A stretch of 64,000 nucleotides of DNA from Octopus vulgaris (lineage: Eukaryota): the NCBI GenBank assembly GCA_951406725.2, contig OX597826.1, positions 9,734,001 to 9,798,000 of the forward strand. The letters run 5' to 3'. Under the pieces are notes generated by a model. That model worked only from the letters and a program-made list of their open reading frames with translations, was not told the origin of the DNA and did no database searches. Shown here in pieces: positions 1 to 12,891 of the stretch. The position numbers and the translations under genes are program-made. Positions within the stretch are counted from its first letter, which is position 1; the number at the start of each line of letters is the position of its first letter.

Positions 1-899
1 ATATATATATACATATATACGACAGGCTTCTTTCAGTTTCCGTCTACCAAATCCATTCACAAGGCTTTGGTCAGCCTGAGGCTATAGTAGAAGACACTTA
101 CCCAAGGTGCCACGCAATGGGAGTGAACCCAGAACCATGTGGTTCGTAAGTAAGCTGCTTACCACACAGCCACTATACACACACACAACAGGCTTCCTCA
201 TAGTTATCATACATCATATTCATTCAGAATGCTTTGCTTGGCCCAGGGCTATAGTAGAAGACACTTGCCCAAGGTATTGTGCAGTGTGACTAAACCTGGA
301 AATATGCAGTTGCAAATGAGTTACTTCACCACACAGCTATGCTTGTGCCACACACACAGATAAATAGATCCATACATTTATCCATACATGCTCACATCAT
401 GAGGGTAATATTACATAAATTTGGCACTAGCCCATCATTTCACCACATGTAACAGTTTCACTTTGGCAGTGTTTCTGTTTTTTCCCCCAGATCACCTTTG
501 CTTCAGCTTGTCAATCATATAAAACGCTCCATGTGACTTTCACTTTTTATGTTGCTTTTTATGCTCACCTGCAACAGGTCGCCCAGCATTTCTAAGACTT
601 TGCCAAATAAATGCTGAAATAATTTGAATGGAGTTGCATAACTTTCCCTCATTCCTGAAGTAACATCTTAATGTATATTACGTCAAAAAAATAGTGAAAT
701 AACTTTTTAAAAAGTGGTTTTTTATGGTAAGAAGCATGCTTCCCATCCATTTGGTTCCAGGTTCAATCCCACTGTGCGCATGGAACTTTGGGCAAGTGTT
801 TTTTTACTATAGTCTCAAGGCTGATCAAAGTCTTGTGAGTGGATTTGGTAGATGGAAACTGAATGAAGACCATCATGCATGTATGTATGTATCTACATA

Positions 900-1230
900 A
901 AGCTGGACTCAAGAGTCATCTTCGTAGTCATAAAGTGAGACAGATGAGTGACAACCTGGCCACTGGTGGTGGTGTAACACACCATACTAATCATATCTGT
1001 CGAGCATGTGGAAGAGAGAGTAATTGGGCAGGAGGACTTAAACGACATGCAAAGGTACATGAAGCCCAGTTACAACTACAGCCGGCTATTACCAGAAAAG
1101 GTTTTAGCTGCCAATTCTGTACAAGACATTGTAGATCTTTAGCTGGGTTAAAAAGTCACATTCGATCACAGCACCAGTAACAGTTAAGCTTTGTGCAATG
1201 GCCATACTCGATAACGAGGGGGCAGCCATC
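900..1230 (+). mobile_element. 5'-truncated RTE-clade LINE 3' end with C2H2 zinc-finger-like C-terminus, inserted in a SINE
   Basis: It encodes CRACGR...HAKVH and CQFCTRHCRSLAGLKSHIRSQH, resembling the CxxCxRxCxSxxGLxSH tail of RTE-like ORFs. It is flanked by a 9-bp direct repeat atctacata (891-899 and 1231-1239), and the two halves of a SINE lie on either side. Confidence 0.7.
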
Positions 1231-3801
1231 ATCTACATATATGTATATATGTGTGTGTGTCTTTGTGTCTGTGTTTGTGCTCCCACCACCACTTGACAAA
1301 TGGTGCTGGTATGTTTACATCTCCATAACTTAGTGGTTCAGTAAAAGAGCCCAATAGAATAAGTACCAGGCTTTAAGAAACAAAAATAAGTACAGGGATC
1401 AATACATTTGACTAAAAGTTCTAGGTGTTGCCCCAGCATGGCCGCAGTCTAATGACTGAAGCAAGTAAAAGATAAAAGATTTAAAATTATAAAGAAAGAG
1501 AAATTATTTTAACAAACCATATTCCCTGCTAATTGATATTGGTTTGCATAGCTGTGTAGTTAAGAAGCTCCCCTTGCAGCCATTTGATTTGGGTTCAATC
1601 TCACTGCCCAGTACCTTGTATTACAGCCCCAGATCAACCAGTACCTTCTTAGTAATTTTGATAGATGGAAACTGTGTGGAAGCCTATTATATGCATCTAT
1701 ATATATATATGTATGTATGCATGTGTGTGCATGTCCCCCACCACCACTTGACAACCAGTGTTGCTTTGTTTACATTCCTGTAACTTAGAGTTTGTCAAAA
1801 GAACTGATAGAATGAGTACCAGAGTCAATTTGATCAACTAAACCCTTCAAGGTGCTGCCACAGCATGGCCACAGTCCAGTGGTTGAAACAAGATAAAAGA
1901 ATAGTTGAAAAGGAGCAGCTAATTGATGAGCTAGAAGTAGCAGTTAAATTTCCAATCCCCTTCTTTTGCCTTTATTCTTAAACATTTATGAATAAGACAG
2001 AAACTAATAAATTAGAGACACGATGGCAATCTAGGTGTATAATGCTCTCCATTTCATTTCACCAATGAAACGATGTCAATTGTATTATTGTTCCAGCAAT
2101 AAGACTTTGAGTGAAGAAGACACATGATCTAATAGTTAGGATGTTGAACTCACGATTTTAAGATTGTGGTTTCGATTCCTTGACCAGGCAGTGTATTGTG
2201 TTCTTGAGCAAAACACTTCATTTGACTTTGCTCTTGTTCATTCAGCTGTAAATGAATTCCAGCAATAGCTGGGGAGTTAATCCTCTAATGGACTGGTGTC
2301 CTATCCAGGAGGTGGCGGGGGTTATAATTTCAGTCACTTATAATGCCATGGAGAGAGGGTTAAGCTCTGGCCTTATGAGCCCCAGGGCTCATGATAGACT
2401 TAATAATACTTTGAAACAAATGAAAACAGTATTCTATGGCAATTAAACTTTTAAAGAAATAAAGGAAATATTGCTCACATTTTTAAGAGCAAACACTTAC
2501 ATACAGAGGGCGCTGCTGTACTTCATCTCCGAATGCAGCAGTTGATGTCTGATCAGGCAGTGAAACAGCTCTGCAAGTGTTTGGGCCCTTTCCACTGTAA
2601 CACTTGAGCTGCCCACCAATCTTGGTAACAAAACTCCCACTCAATAGCATGAGGTTTGTTGAATCAGATGGTGTGATTCTGGGCCAAATAATTTTCCGCC
2701 ATCTTCAATGCTTGTTCTTCCATCCCTGCCCATTCCATCTATACATGCAATTTACAACAAATCAAAGTACTTATATATTATGGAATAGTAAATATATGTG
2801 TAAACCACTTTTACAAAGCAAAAACAATTATATTACATTCCAAGGTCACCAAAAAGTGCAAAGAATCTATAAAAAAACATCCTTAAAACGGATAAATAAT
2901 TCACACAAAATACATTTCCCATTTATATGATATTTTTAAAAGCCAACTGAATGAGTAAAAACAATTTTTTTTTAAAAATTACATGATGTAAAATTCCAAA
3001 CAGCTTCTAGAATTTTCCATTTGTAGTGATTCTCACTAAAAAAACAGACTTCAGTTTTTGGAGGTTTTTCATATTTTGGTTAAAAGATTTTCACCTGTGG
3101 GTGTGTGCATGTGTGTGTGCGGGTGAGGTGGGGGTGTATGTATTATATTATCATTGACATCTCTGAGTATCAAAAATTTTATTCCATTGAATTTATCTTT
3201 GTGTTCTGAGATATCTGTATAAGCATATTTTTAACTTCAAAGAATTCTGACAATTAGGATATGAGAATTGGCACATGGTTGGGTCAAAAGGTCCTTGTTG
3301 TCTGTCTGCTTCTTCCTGTGAAGTCTCTGTTTTTTTCTCTGGTTACTTTCAATCATATCCAACCAATGTTTTTTACTTTCAAAACAAACAATCAATATTT
3401 CATCATCATCATCTTCATCATCATAACATCCACTTTTCTATGCTTGTCTGGGTTGGTCAGAGTTTATTCAGCCAGATTTTCTACAGTGAAATGCTCTTCC
3501 TGTTGCAGTCTCTTGCCTCTTTCCAAGCAAGTTCATGTTTCACCATGGCCTGATATGTTTTTGCAAAATATTGGTTTCAAATTTTTGGCACAAGGCCAAC
3601 AGTTTTGGGGGATGGGATAAGTCGATTACATTGACCCCAGTGCTCAACTGGTACTTATTTTATCAACCCAGAAAGGATGGTAGTCAAAGTCAACCTCACC
3701 GATATTTGAACACAAAATGTTAAAATGGATGAAATGCCTCTAAGAATTTTATCCAATTCATTTACAATTTCATATCAAGACAAGGCAACACACACACACA
3801 C

Positions 3802-3833
<32 letters not shown>

Positions 3834-4899
3834 GACAAACTTTTTTCAGTTTCTGTCTCCCAAATCCATTCACAAGGATTCAGTCGTACATAAAATTGTT
3901 GTGGTATGTGGTTTCTGGTTCAATCCCACTTGCCCAAGGTTCTGCTCAGTGGGACTAAATTGAAAACTAAGCTTTTCAGCAACACAACCATATCTCTATG
4001 TCATCATTTAATATCCACATTTCATGCTGACGTGGGCTGGATGATTCAACAGGAGTTGGCAAGTCCAGAAGACTGCATCAAGCTCTGCTGTCTGCTTTGG
4101 CATGGTTTTTAACATGCCTTCCTAATACCAACCACTTTACAATGTGGATTGGGTGTCTGTGCCTATATATATATATATATATATACAAAAATTCTATAAT
4201 TATGAGCATAATTATAATTAGGGTTCAGCAGAATTTGCTTCACCACGTACCGAAATTTAGAAATAGCAGTTGAAATACTATTCTACTACCGTAAGATATC
4301 TCCCAGACAGCAATACTCAACAACTCATGCAGGTAAAGTGAAAAAAATAACGAATCCACCCGGCTTTGATTAGCTATATATGCATCTCGGGGTTAAAGAG
4401 ATGTAAAAAGATGTAAAATCATATTTCTACTCATTTATGCTCATAATTATAGGATTTTTGTATAAGGTTACCAATAATTGTTCTTTTAATATACCGAACT
4501 ACTTGGTAAAATTATTAATGTTTAATTGATTAATTAATTTTACCCTTTATTATTATTGATATATATATATATATATATATGACAGCATGGTTAACAAATT
4601 TGTTTCATAAGTATGTGGTTTCTAGTTCAATCCCACCATGTGAGATCTTCAGCAAGTGTTTTGTATTGTAACCTCAGGGTGGCCAATGTCTTGTGAGTGA
4701 AGCTACTATACAGAAGGGGCAGAAACCTATTGTTGTGTGTGTGTGTGTTTTATTAATATTTAGCAGAAGCAGTAGAGTGACTCAAGAGCCAAGTGTTCTG
4801 TGCAACTCTCAGCCCTTGAGTCACTCTTGCTTCTGCTAAATATTAATTTTTTAAAAATATATATTTATTCTTACTTATTTTTCATCCACTTTTTTAAAC

Positions 4900-5490
4900 T
4901 CCATGGTTGTGAGACATGGGCTTTGAATGCAGAAGACGTGCGTAGACTGGAGAGAAATGAAGGTAGTGTGCTCCATTGGATGTGCAACATCAGTGCACAT
5001 GTACGACAAAGTGCAAACGTATTGAGAGAAAAGTTGGGCATAAGAGGAATCAAATGTAGCATGCAAGAGAGAAGACAATGTTGGTTCGGACATATGATGT
5101 GTATGAATGAGGACAGCTGTATAAAGAAGTGCTGATCTCTGAAATTGGATGATATCTGTGGAAGAGGGAGTCCCAGGAAAATGTGGGATGAAGTGGTAAG
5201 GACCAGTCTCAGACTGTTGAACCTCAGGGGGAAATGGCAATGGACCAAGATGTCTGGCAGTATGAAGTTCTAGAGAAGACCTACCTGTGTTTGTGCCACA
5301 TAAAAAGCACTAGGTCCACTCAGTTGAGTATCACTCAACTGAGTGGTCTTAGTGGTGTTAAGAAGGGCATCCAGCTGTAAAAATCCTGCCAAAACAGCCA
5401 CAGAAGTCTGGTGCAGGCTTCTGCCTGGCTGGCTCTTGTGAAACTGTCCCACCCATGGAAGGCAGATGTTAAACAACGATGATGATGGTT
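4900..5490 (+). mobile_element. RTE-clade LINE 3' fragment (decayed ORF end plus 3' UTR)
   Basis: HGCETWALNAEDVRRLERNE...WFGHMM..., typical of the RTE region downstream of the RT. It is followed by ggaagggcatccagctgta and a (GAT)n tail. Confidence 0.85.
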
Positions 5491-6284
5491 TCCATGCTGG
5501 CATGGGTTAGGAAGGTTATCATGTCCTTGATCACAGTAAAGGGACCTCTCAATGTTGTGTTATCTTCACTCAATTGTCAACCACTTCACCAGATGCATTT
5601 TTATCATGATCCTGTCACTGCTCTAGGTTGCTTTATTTTCCATATAACTTGAGTCCTCACTATGCTGAAGTGTATCTGTTCATTCAAGTTATCGTGTCCT
5701 AGAAGGTGGTTAGAGGAGAGAGAGACACAGAGATAGAGAGAGAGAGAGAGAGAGAGCAATGATGGAAGAAAACCCAGAATGAGTGAGTGAAGGCTGCAAG
5801 AGTATGATGTCAGAAACAGTGATTGGGGTGATGAGAGTGGGTGGTGGTGGAGAAGAAATTTTAATGGCTATTAATAGGGATTGATAGTACTAAGAGAGAA
5901 TTGTGGGTGTCTGTAATGTGTCCTTAAGCCAGACACTTCATTTCCTGTTGCTACAGTTTGCCCAGCTAGCAAAAATGAGCTGCACCTAGAATTCAAAGTG
6001 CCAGTTTTGTCACATTCTGTGTCTGTGGAATACTCAACCACTTGCATTTTAATTTCATGAGCAGGCAGTTCCATTGATCACACCAACTGGAACACTCATT
6101 GTCGTAACAGACAGAGTACCATTCTTTTTAATATTGGGGTAGGGGCCCAAATAGAGATGATGATCTATTACTTCCCAGCCACCATCACTGCTCCCATTTT
6201 ATTGTTCGTTTTCACCCATGCTTGCACGGGGGGCTGGGTCTTCTCCCTCACTATGTATTGCCAGTCATTATAGTCCAATGTAAG

Positions 6285-6795
6285 TGGAGGCACATGGCTT
6301 AGTGGTTAGGGTGTCAGCATCATGATCGTAAGATTGTGGTTTCGATTCCTGGACCGGGTGACGCGTTGTGTTCTTGAGCAAAACACTTCATTTCACGTTG
6401 CTCCAGTCCACTCAGCTGGCAAAAATGAGTAACGCTGCGATGGACTGGCGTCCTGTCCAGCTGGCGGGAACACATACGCCATAGAAACCAGGAAACCGGG
6501 CCCATGAGCCTGGCCAGGCTTTCAAGGGCACATTTGTGGTGGCACGTGGCTTGGTGGTTAGGATGTCAGCATCACGATCGTAAGATTGTGGTTTCGATTC
6601 CTGGACCGGGCGACACATTGTGTTCTTGAGCAAAACACTTCATTTCACGTTGCTCCAGTCCACTCAGCTGGCAAAAATGAGTAAAGCTGCAATGGACTGG
6701 TGTCCTGTCCAGCTGGGGAACACATACGCCATAGAAACCGGGAAACCGGGCCCATGAGCCTGGCTAGGCTTTAAAAGGTGCATTTATTTTTTTTA
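6285..6795 (+). mobile_element. Tandem dimer of a tRNA-derived SINE with Meta-like core
   Basis: Two about 250-bp near-identical units: tggcttagtggttagg (A box), ggtttcgattcc (B box), gtgttcttgagcaaaacactt core and gatggactggcgtcctgtccag. A diverged copy lies at about 2120-2400. Confidence 0.85.
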
Positions 6796-7354
6796 TAGTC
6801 CATGGTGATCTCCATGAGGTTCAGTATCTTTAAATCAGTCCCATGTCTTTCTGAGTCTCCCTCTTCTATAGGGTCCAACCATTTTAAGTACCCTGCACCT
6901 CTCTGTACAGCTGTCATATACCCTACATCTGATTCCTCTTATATCCAGCTTTTTTTCTTTTGTTCTTTGTTTTCTCTCAACTCATTTGTACTCCATTGTT
7001 AATCTACATTAACATTTACACATTCAGCAGAGCATGCTAACTTAGTCTCTTTATTTCTTTTTACTCTTTACATTCAAGGCCTACCCATGCATGTGTGTGT
7101 GTGTGTGTGTGTGTATTAATATAATACCTTGCAATTGTACACATGTTCCAATATAATTGTATCCTTTGACGCAAGTCAAAGGATATTGACACAAGTACTA
7201 ATTTCAGTCTCATACTTACTTAACCAACCTCTGTTAGTCAAATTACCTTTTGACGTATACAGACGCTACTTGATGCACTGCTTTTCTTTCAGTATCCAGC
7301 AAATACATATATTCAATCTTATCAAAAATTTCATGTAAAGTCTAATATTATCAG

Positions 7355-7403
<49 letters not shown>

Positions 7404-7761
7404 GTTATTATTATTATGCCATTGTATGCAGTTAGTTATTCTTATCCAAGGGGTTCTTTTTCTTTGATGATAAGGTGGTCGTTTGAAGATTCGGTTACTA
7501 TATTTAACAAGGTGAGCAACTGCACCAAATATTTTTCATTGGCTCATTGGTGATGTTGTTGTTGTTGGTGGTGGTGAGCTGGCAGAATTGTTAGCACACT
7601 GGACAAAATACTTAATATTCTGAGTTCAAATTCTACCAAGGTCAACTTTGCCTTTCAACCTTTCAGGGTCAATGAAATATGTATCAGTTGAGCACTGGGG
7701 TCACTGTAATCAACTAGCTTCCTCCCCAGAAATATCAGGCCTTGTGCCTATAGTAGAAAGG

Positions 7762-7818
<57 letters not shown>

Positions 7819-7847
7819 GCTGCTGCTGCTGCTATTTTTATTATTAT

Positions 7848-8293
7848 TTTTTTTATGTTTGACTTTTGCTTTACATTTGTACAAGTTGGAAGTTCATGTT
7901 GGTGTTATGCCTAGGGTGTCATATATGTGGTTTTGTACATAGTGTTGTTCTAGAGAATGTTTAAGAAACCGTAAGAAAATTGTTTGTTTTAAAACTTGAG
8001 ATTACATACAAAATATTTTGCTTAGGATAAGGGCAGTTCCCATGAGCACTATCTTTTGAAATTCTGCCATTTTGAGGTTTCTTGGTATCTGAGTTAGGTA
8101 GCAATCAGCCCCTTTTGCTATCATTCCCAGGGCACCTATGACAACAGGTATTGTTTTAGTCTTCAAGTTCCACATTTTGCTAATTTCTATTTCAAGATCT
8201 TTATATTTGCTCAGTTTTTGGTAGGTCTTGACAGTTACGTTTATATCGATTGGGACAGTCATATCAATGAGGAGGCATGATTTTTTGTCTGAA

Positions 8294-8295
<2 letters not shown>
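7848..8295 (-). mobile_element. Dong/R4-like non-LTR retrotransposon 3' end (restriction-like endonuclease)
   Basis: CLLIDMTVPIDINVTVKTYQKLSKYKDLEIEISKMWNLKTKTIPVVIGALG, matching the RLE motifs IDxxVP, KxxKYxDL and PVVIGALG. It is flanked by (TTA)n tracts. Confidence 0.85.
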
Positions 8296-8355
<60 letters not shown>

Positions 8356-8725
8356 GTGATGGCTTGGTAGAATCTTCAGTGTCAAATATAATGTCTCGTG
8401 TCAAACATGTCTTGGTTCTTTGCATTCTGAGTTCAAATCCTGCTGAGGTGAACTTTGTTGATAAAATAAACTATAATCATATACTAGGATCAGTGTACCT
8501 GACTAGCCCAACCTCCACCCCTGCCAAATTTTAAGCCTTGTATCTAAAAAATTTTTTTTTTGCACAAGGCCAGCAATTTTGATGGGTGGAGATGTTGATT
8601 ACACCGACCCCAGGGCACAACTGGTACTTATTTTACTGGCCCCAAAAGGATGAAAGATAAAGTTGACCTCAGTGAACTGCTGAGCATTTTGTCTATGATA
8701 GAAAGGGCTATTATTATTATTATTA

Positions 8726-8756
<31 letters not shown>

Positions 8757-10599
8757 AAAGAGTAGTGAACTTGCAGAAACAGTAGAGTACCTTCTGTTTG
8801 GTAACATCTTTACATTCTTTACTCTTTTACTTGTTTCAGTCATTTGACTGCGGCCATGCTGGAGCACTGCCCTTAGTTGAGCAAGTTGACCCCAGGATTT
8901 ATTCTTTAGAAGCCTTATTATTCTATCAGTCTCTTTTGCCAAACCGCTAAGTTACAGGGACATAAACACACCACCATCATATACACCCACATACATATAT
9001 ATATATACATATATATGGCAGGCTTCTTTCAGTTTCCGTCTACCAAATCCTGTCACAAGGCTTTGGTCACCCTGAGGCTATAGTAGAAGACACTTGCTCA
9101 AGGTGCCATGCAGTGGGAATGAACCTAGAACCATGTGGTTGGTAAGCAAGCTACTTATCACACAGCCACTCCTGTGCCTATATTCAAATTCTGCTGAGAG
9201 ATTAGCTTGGATTTCTCCCATTGGATGTTAATAATCATGGTAGTGGTGCTGTTGGCTGTTGTTTCTGAGTTAAGTACAAAGTGAGCAATTTTGTGGAGAG
9301 TGAGAGTTGTCAATACCATCAGCTCTAGTACTTGACAGGTACTTTATTTTATTGAACACAGGGAAGAATTAAAGGCAAAGTTGACTATCCCTTTGCTGCC
9401 TACCCACAGCCCACCCCCAGAACTGAACTCAGAATATACAAAAGTCAAAAAAAAATACTGCAGGTTATTTTTTCCTGATACTCAAAATCTCTGGAAGCTG
9501 TTAATAGTCTTATATCCGTCAACAGTTAGTCAATAGAAGAGTCTGGTCAGTCATACCATATATGTCAGTTTGGTGTCTGAAAACAGTTGATCAATATACA
9601 GATGATTGAAAACAATTTCTTCAATCAACAATTAATCGGATTATAGAAAATCGTAATATAAAAATGTGATTGTATGTTCCAATTTGCAGGACAGTTTTTC
9701 ACCAAGCAAACTGAAATTTGACATAATTACACATCTTTAAGATGAGGTATGAATTGGTACACTTGTTTGAGCATCAGATAGTTTTCACATTTATTCTGAC
9801 CTTCTGCACTTTGAGTTCAAGTCTTACCAGGGTCAGCTTTGTCTTTTGTCCCTTTGGGGGTCAGTAAAAATATTCCAATCCAAGGCGGTAGATTGGCAGA
9901 AGTGTAAGAATGTTGGACGCAATGCCTTACAGTATTTGTTCAGGATCTTTACATTCTGTGTTCAAATACAACCACAGCCTATTTGTGTGGTCAATTTAAC
10001 CCATTGTCCAGTTTAATACTGTCAGTTGGCACCTTGAGTACTTTTAGTATTACAGGCTTTCAGGCCTGGTTTCTGATTTGAGAATACCTCCCTCCTTTCC
10101 ACTAACCTCAGCTCTGAACATGTCATGGGCATTGCTTTCCTTCTTGACTAAAATATAAAAAAAGGCTATGTAACCTTTTCTGATATTTTCTATAAATCTA
10201 GGCAAGGCTAGGTACTACTGCTAATATTTGAAAAATGGAGAATGAGCTTTAGGAAAATGGTCACATATTCATATTTTCAAATAATTTTTTTATCAAAATT
10301 TTATATCCTGTGTGTGTGTGTTGTGTGTGTCAGAGAGAGAGAGAGAGAAAGTTTATTATAGTCTGAAAACTAGTGTAGCTTATGTTAATGTCCTTTTATA
10401 GCCTTTGCCATATCTTGTTCAAAATCTCTGATAATTGAATCAATATTTGTAAATGGTGCTAATGTTTTTACTGTAGGAAGAAATTAGCATTTCAACAAAG
10501 TTATAAAAAAAGAAAAAGAAATTATTATCTCACATTATAGGCAAACTGCACCTAAATTAATGTACTCTTGCAATGATTCAATGATTTTTATTCTTTTTA

Positions 10600-11065
10600 A
10601 GATGCATTGCTGAATCCCTGTATTTTTCGCACTTGTTTCGCACTCCATTCCACTGAATAATTTTTCCATCTCATTCAGAGATTATTCTCTCTTCAATGGC
10701 TCTATAATAAATTTCCAAATTGTTGGGAGAATTTGCTGAAATCCGGTTGAAGAAAGAACGAAAACAAATAATTCTGTTGAAGTGCCTTCAATAGAATAGA
10801 ATTATTTGTTTTTGGTAAAATCCTGTTGCACTCTATCAAAACAGGACTGCTGCACATGTATGGCTGCCACAGCCAAGTGGCCTCAAAGTCGTCAACTAAT
10901 GGAAGAACTTTTTTCTGGAGGCTGTAATGCTTCATCTGTTTGTGCTTCAAATACATCATTTACTTGCACTTTTGGAACAAAAGCTAAAGCCGAAAGCAAG
11001 TTAATACTTAATGAAAAGTATGCATCTGTGTCATAATGCACTTTTAGACCAAAGGATTCACTCCT
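10600..11065 (-). mobile_element. Decayed MULE (Mutator-like) transposase fragment
   Basis: The minus strand, with frameshifts, reads GLKVHYDTDAYFSLSINLLSALAFVP...VLPLVDDFEATW...LPKTNNSI...PTIWKFII. This matches the animal MULE motifs ALAFVP, DYFExTW, RTNN and HPTIWKFI. Confidence 0.75.
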
Positions 11066-11615
11066 CTCTGTATGAGCACTATTCTAAAACAACCGGTTAT
11101 TACAATAGGCCGTCCTGACAACCTTAATAAAACCTGGTTCAAATTCTAGTAACTGAATCAATATTTGAAAACGATATTAATGCTTTTACTGTAATAAAAA
11201 CTAAATATGCTTCTTCTTTCCTTATAAGGTAACAATTGAAATGCCAAAAGTAAGCAAAACCCATTTTTAAGTCCATGAATGGTATAGAGAACCTGCTCGC
11301 ACACCCCCATCTCATACTTCAACTCTTCATCTCCAAGCATAGTGCTTCTCACCCCACCACCCACCCAAGCCTTGGGTTTCATAGTCTTGCAAGCTAAATG
11401 GGGACCTCAATTGTGCCAGTGACATAAAAAAAATACACCCAGAACACACTGTAGAGCGGTTGGTGTTGACAAGGGCATCCAGCCATAGCAAGGCATTTGA
11501 GCACAGCACGGTCCTTGCACCCAGCAGATGCTGTCAAACTGTTCAAACCATATCAGCATGGAACATGGACATCAAATAATATGAAGAAGAAGAAGATGAT
11601 GATGATGATGAGGGT

Positions 11616-11646
<31 letters not shown>

Positions 11647-12321
11647 ATGATGACGACGATGATGATGAGGAGGAGGAGGAGGTCGTCGTCGCCGCCGTCA
11701 CAATTTCTCTTCTCTGGAGTCATTCTTAACTTTTTTCGTAAATCAATGCACTTCAACATTAACTAGACGACTAGTAAAATTAAGCTCACAAGAAACTGAA
11801 ATAAACTTATCATTAATGGTTTTGATGTGACATTTACTGTATTTTACATAATTCTAGCACTTTCAAAAATATTTTATTTCTTACTTGAGTATCTTTAATG
11901 AATAATTATCAATTCACTGATAACGTTGGTTTCTTTTTTTTCTCCTCTTTAACTTTGTACAAATTTAGCCAATTGAGGGTAGAATCAATCTCTACATTAA
12001 AAGACACACAACATACACCAGTTTATAGAAGATGAACATCACACATGCACGCGCACACGCGCATGCGCACACACACACACCACATGTATGAGCTATAACA
12101 GCTTCTACATTTTAATTTTAAAAATTCACATTAAAAAAAATTAGTTTCATAAAACATGACACTATAATATTTTTAAAGAGAAATTACTACGATATTTCCA
12201 ATAATTCGATTGGTTGTTGATTTTGAGCAACTGATACTTTGACTGATTGATTTTTGCTGTCACGTATTTTTAATAAATTGCGGACAGACGTATTCTAAGG
12301 TATATAAAATACCTTAATACC

Positions 12322-12393
12322 TTATATGCTGAGGTGCATGAAACACCTTGTCACCTTATAAGGTGAGGTGTTTTTTTGCGCCTCAGCATATAA
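12322..12393. repeat. 72-bp imperfect palindrome
   Basis: ttatatgctgagg...tcacctta|taaggtga...cctcagcatataa. Confidence 0.85.
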
Positions 12394-12580
12394 AAGATGT
12401 CAGTATTTACCGAAGATCAAGCTTAGTCAACATTGACCTCTACTGACCTCTACTGACAACTTACCATACATCACAGAAGTTGAGGCTTACATTTTATATC
12501 TGGCATATGAGTCACTACCACCACTCCACCTAAGTTGGAGGAAAGCTTCAAGGTTTTGCCAATATAATAATAATAATAAT

Positions 12581-12891
12581 GAAATTATTGTATACAGTGC
12601 TCAGGTGCACCACAACTTGTCAGAAAGTGCGTATAGAGTATATGCAGTAATGTACAAATGTCTGGAAAGCGAACAATGCATGAGTCAGATACATGCTTGC
12701 GTGTGTTTGGAGGGGGGAGAAAATCAGGTGTAGTGTTGGTGAATCTCAGGAAGCATGGAAGTTTTGAAGGATGCAGTGCTCCGACAACTAACAACTGATG
12801 CCAGCAGTTTCTTCCATGCTTCAGCAACTCTCAGCATGAAAAAATGTTTCCTAAAGTCATGGGAGCTGTGCTGTTTTCTGACTTTGTAAAT
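12581..12891 (-). mobile_element. CR1-clade LINE 3' end
   Basis: FRKHFFMLRVAEAWKKL...SFK, matching the CR1 FFxxRVxxxWNxL motif, followed by a 3' UTR and an (ATT)n tail at 12561-12580. Confidence 0.75.

Noticed and set aside
863-1180. C2H2 zinc-finger ORF as a host gene
   Set aside because: It is bounded by a 9-bp TSD inside a SINE, its ATG comes from the SINE, and related fragments recur at about 27660 and 28991. It is better explained as a LINE 3' end.
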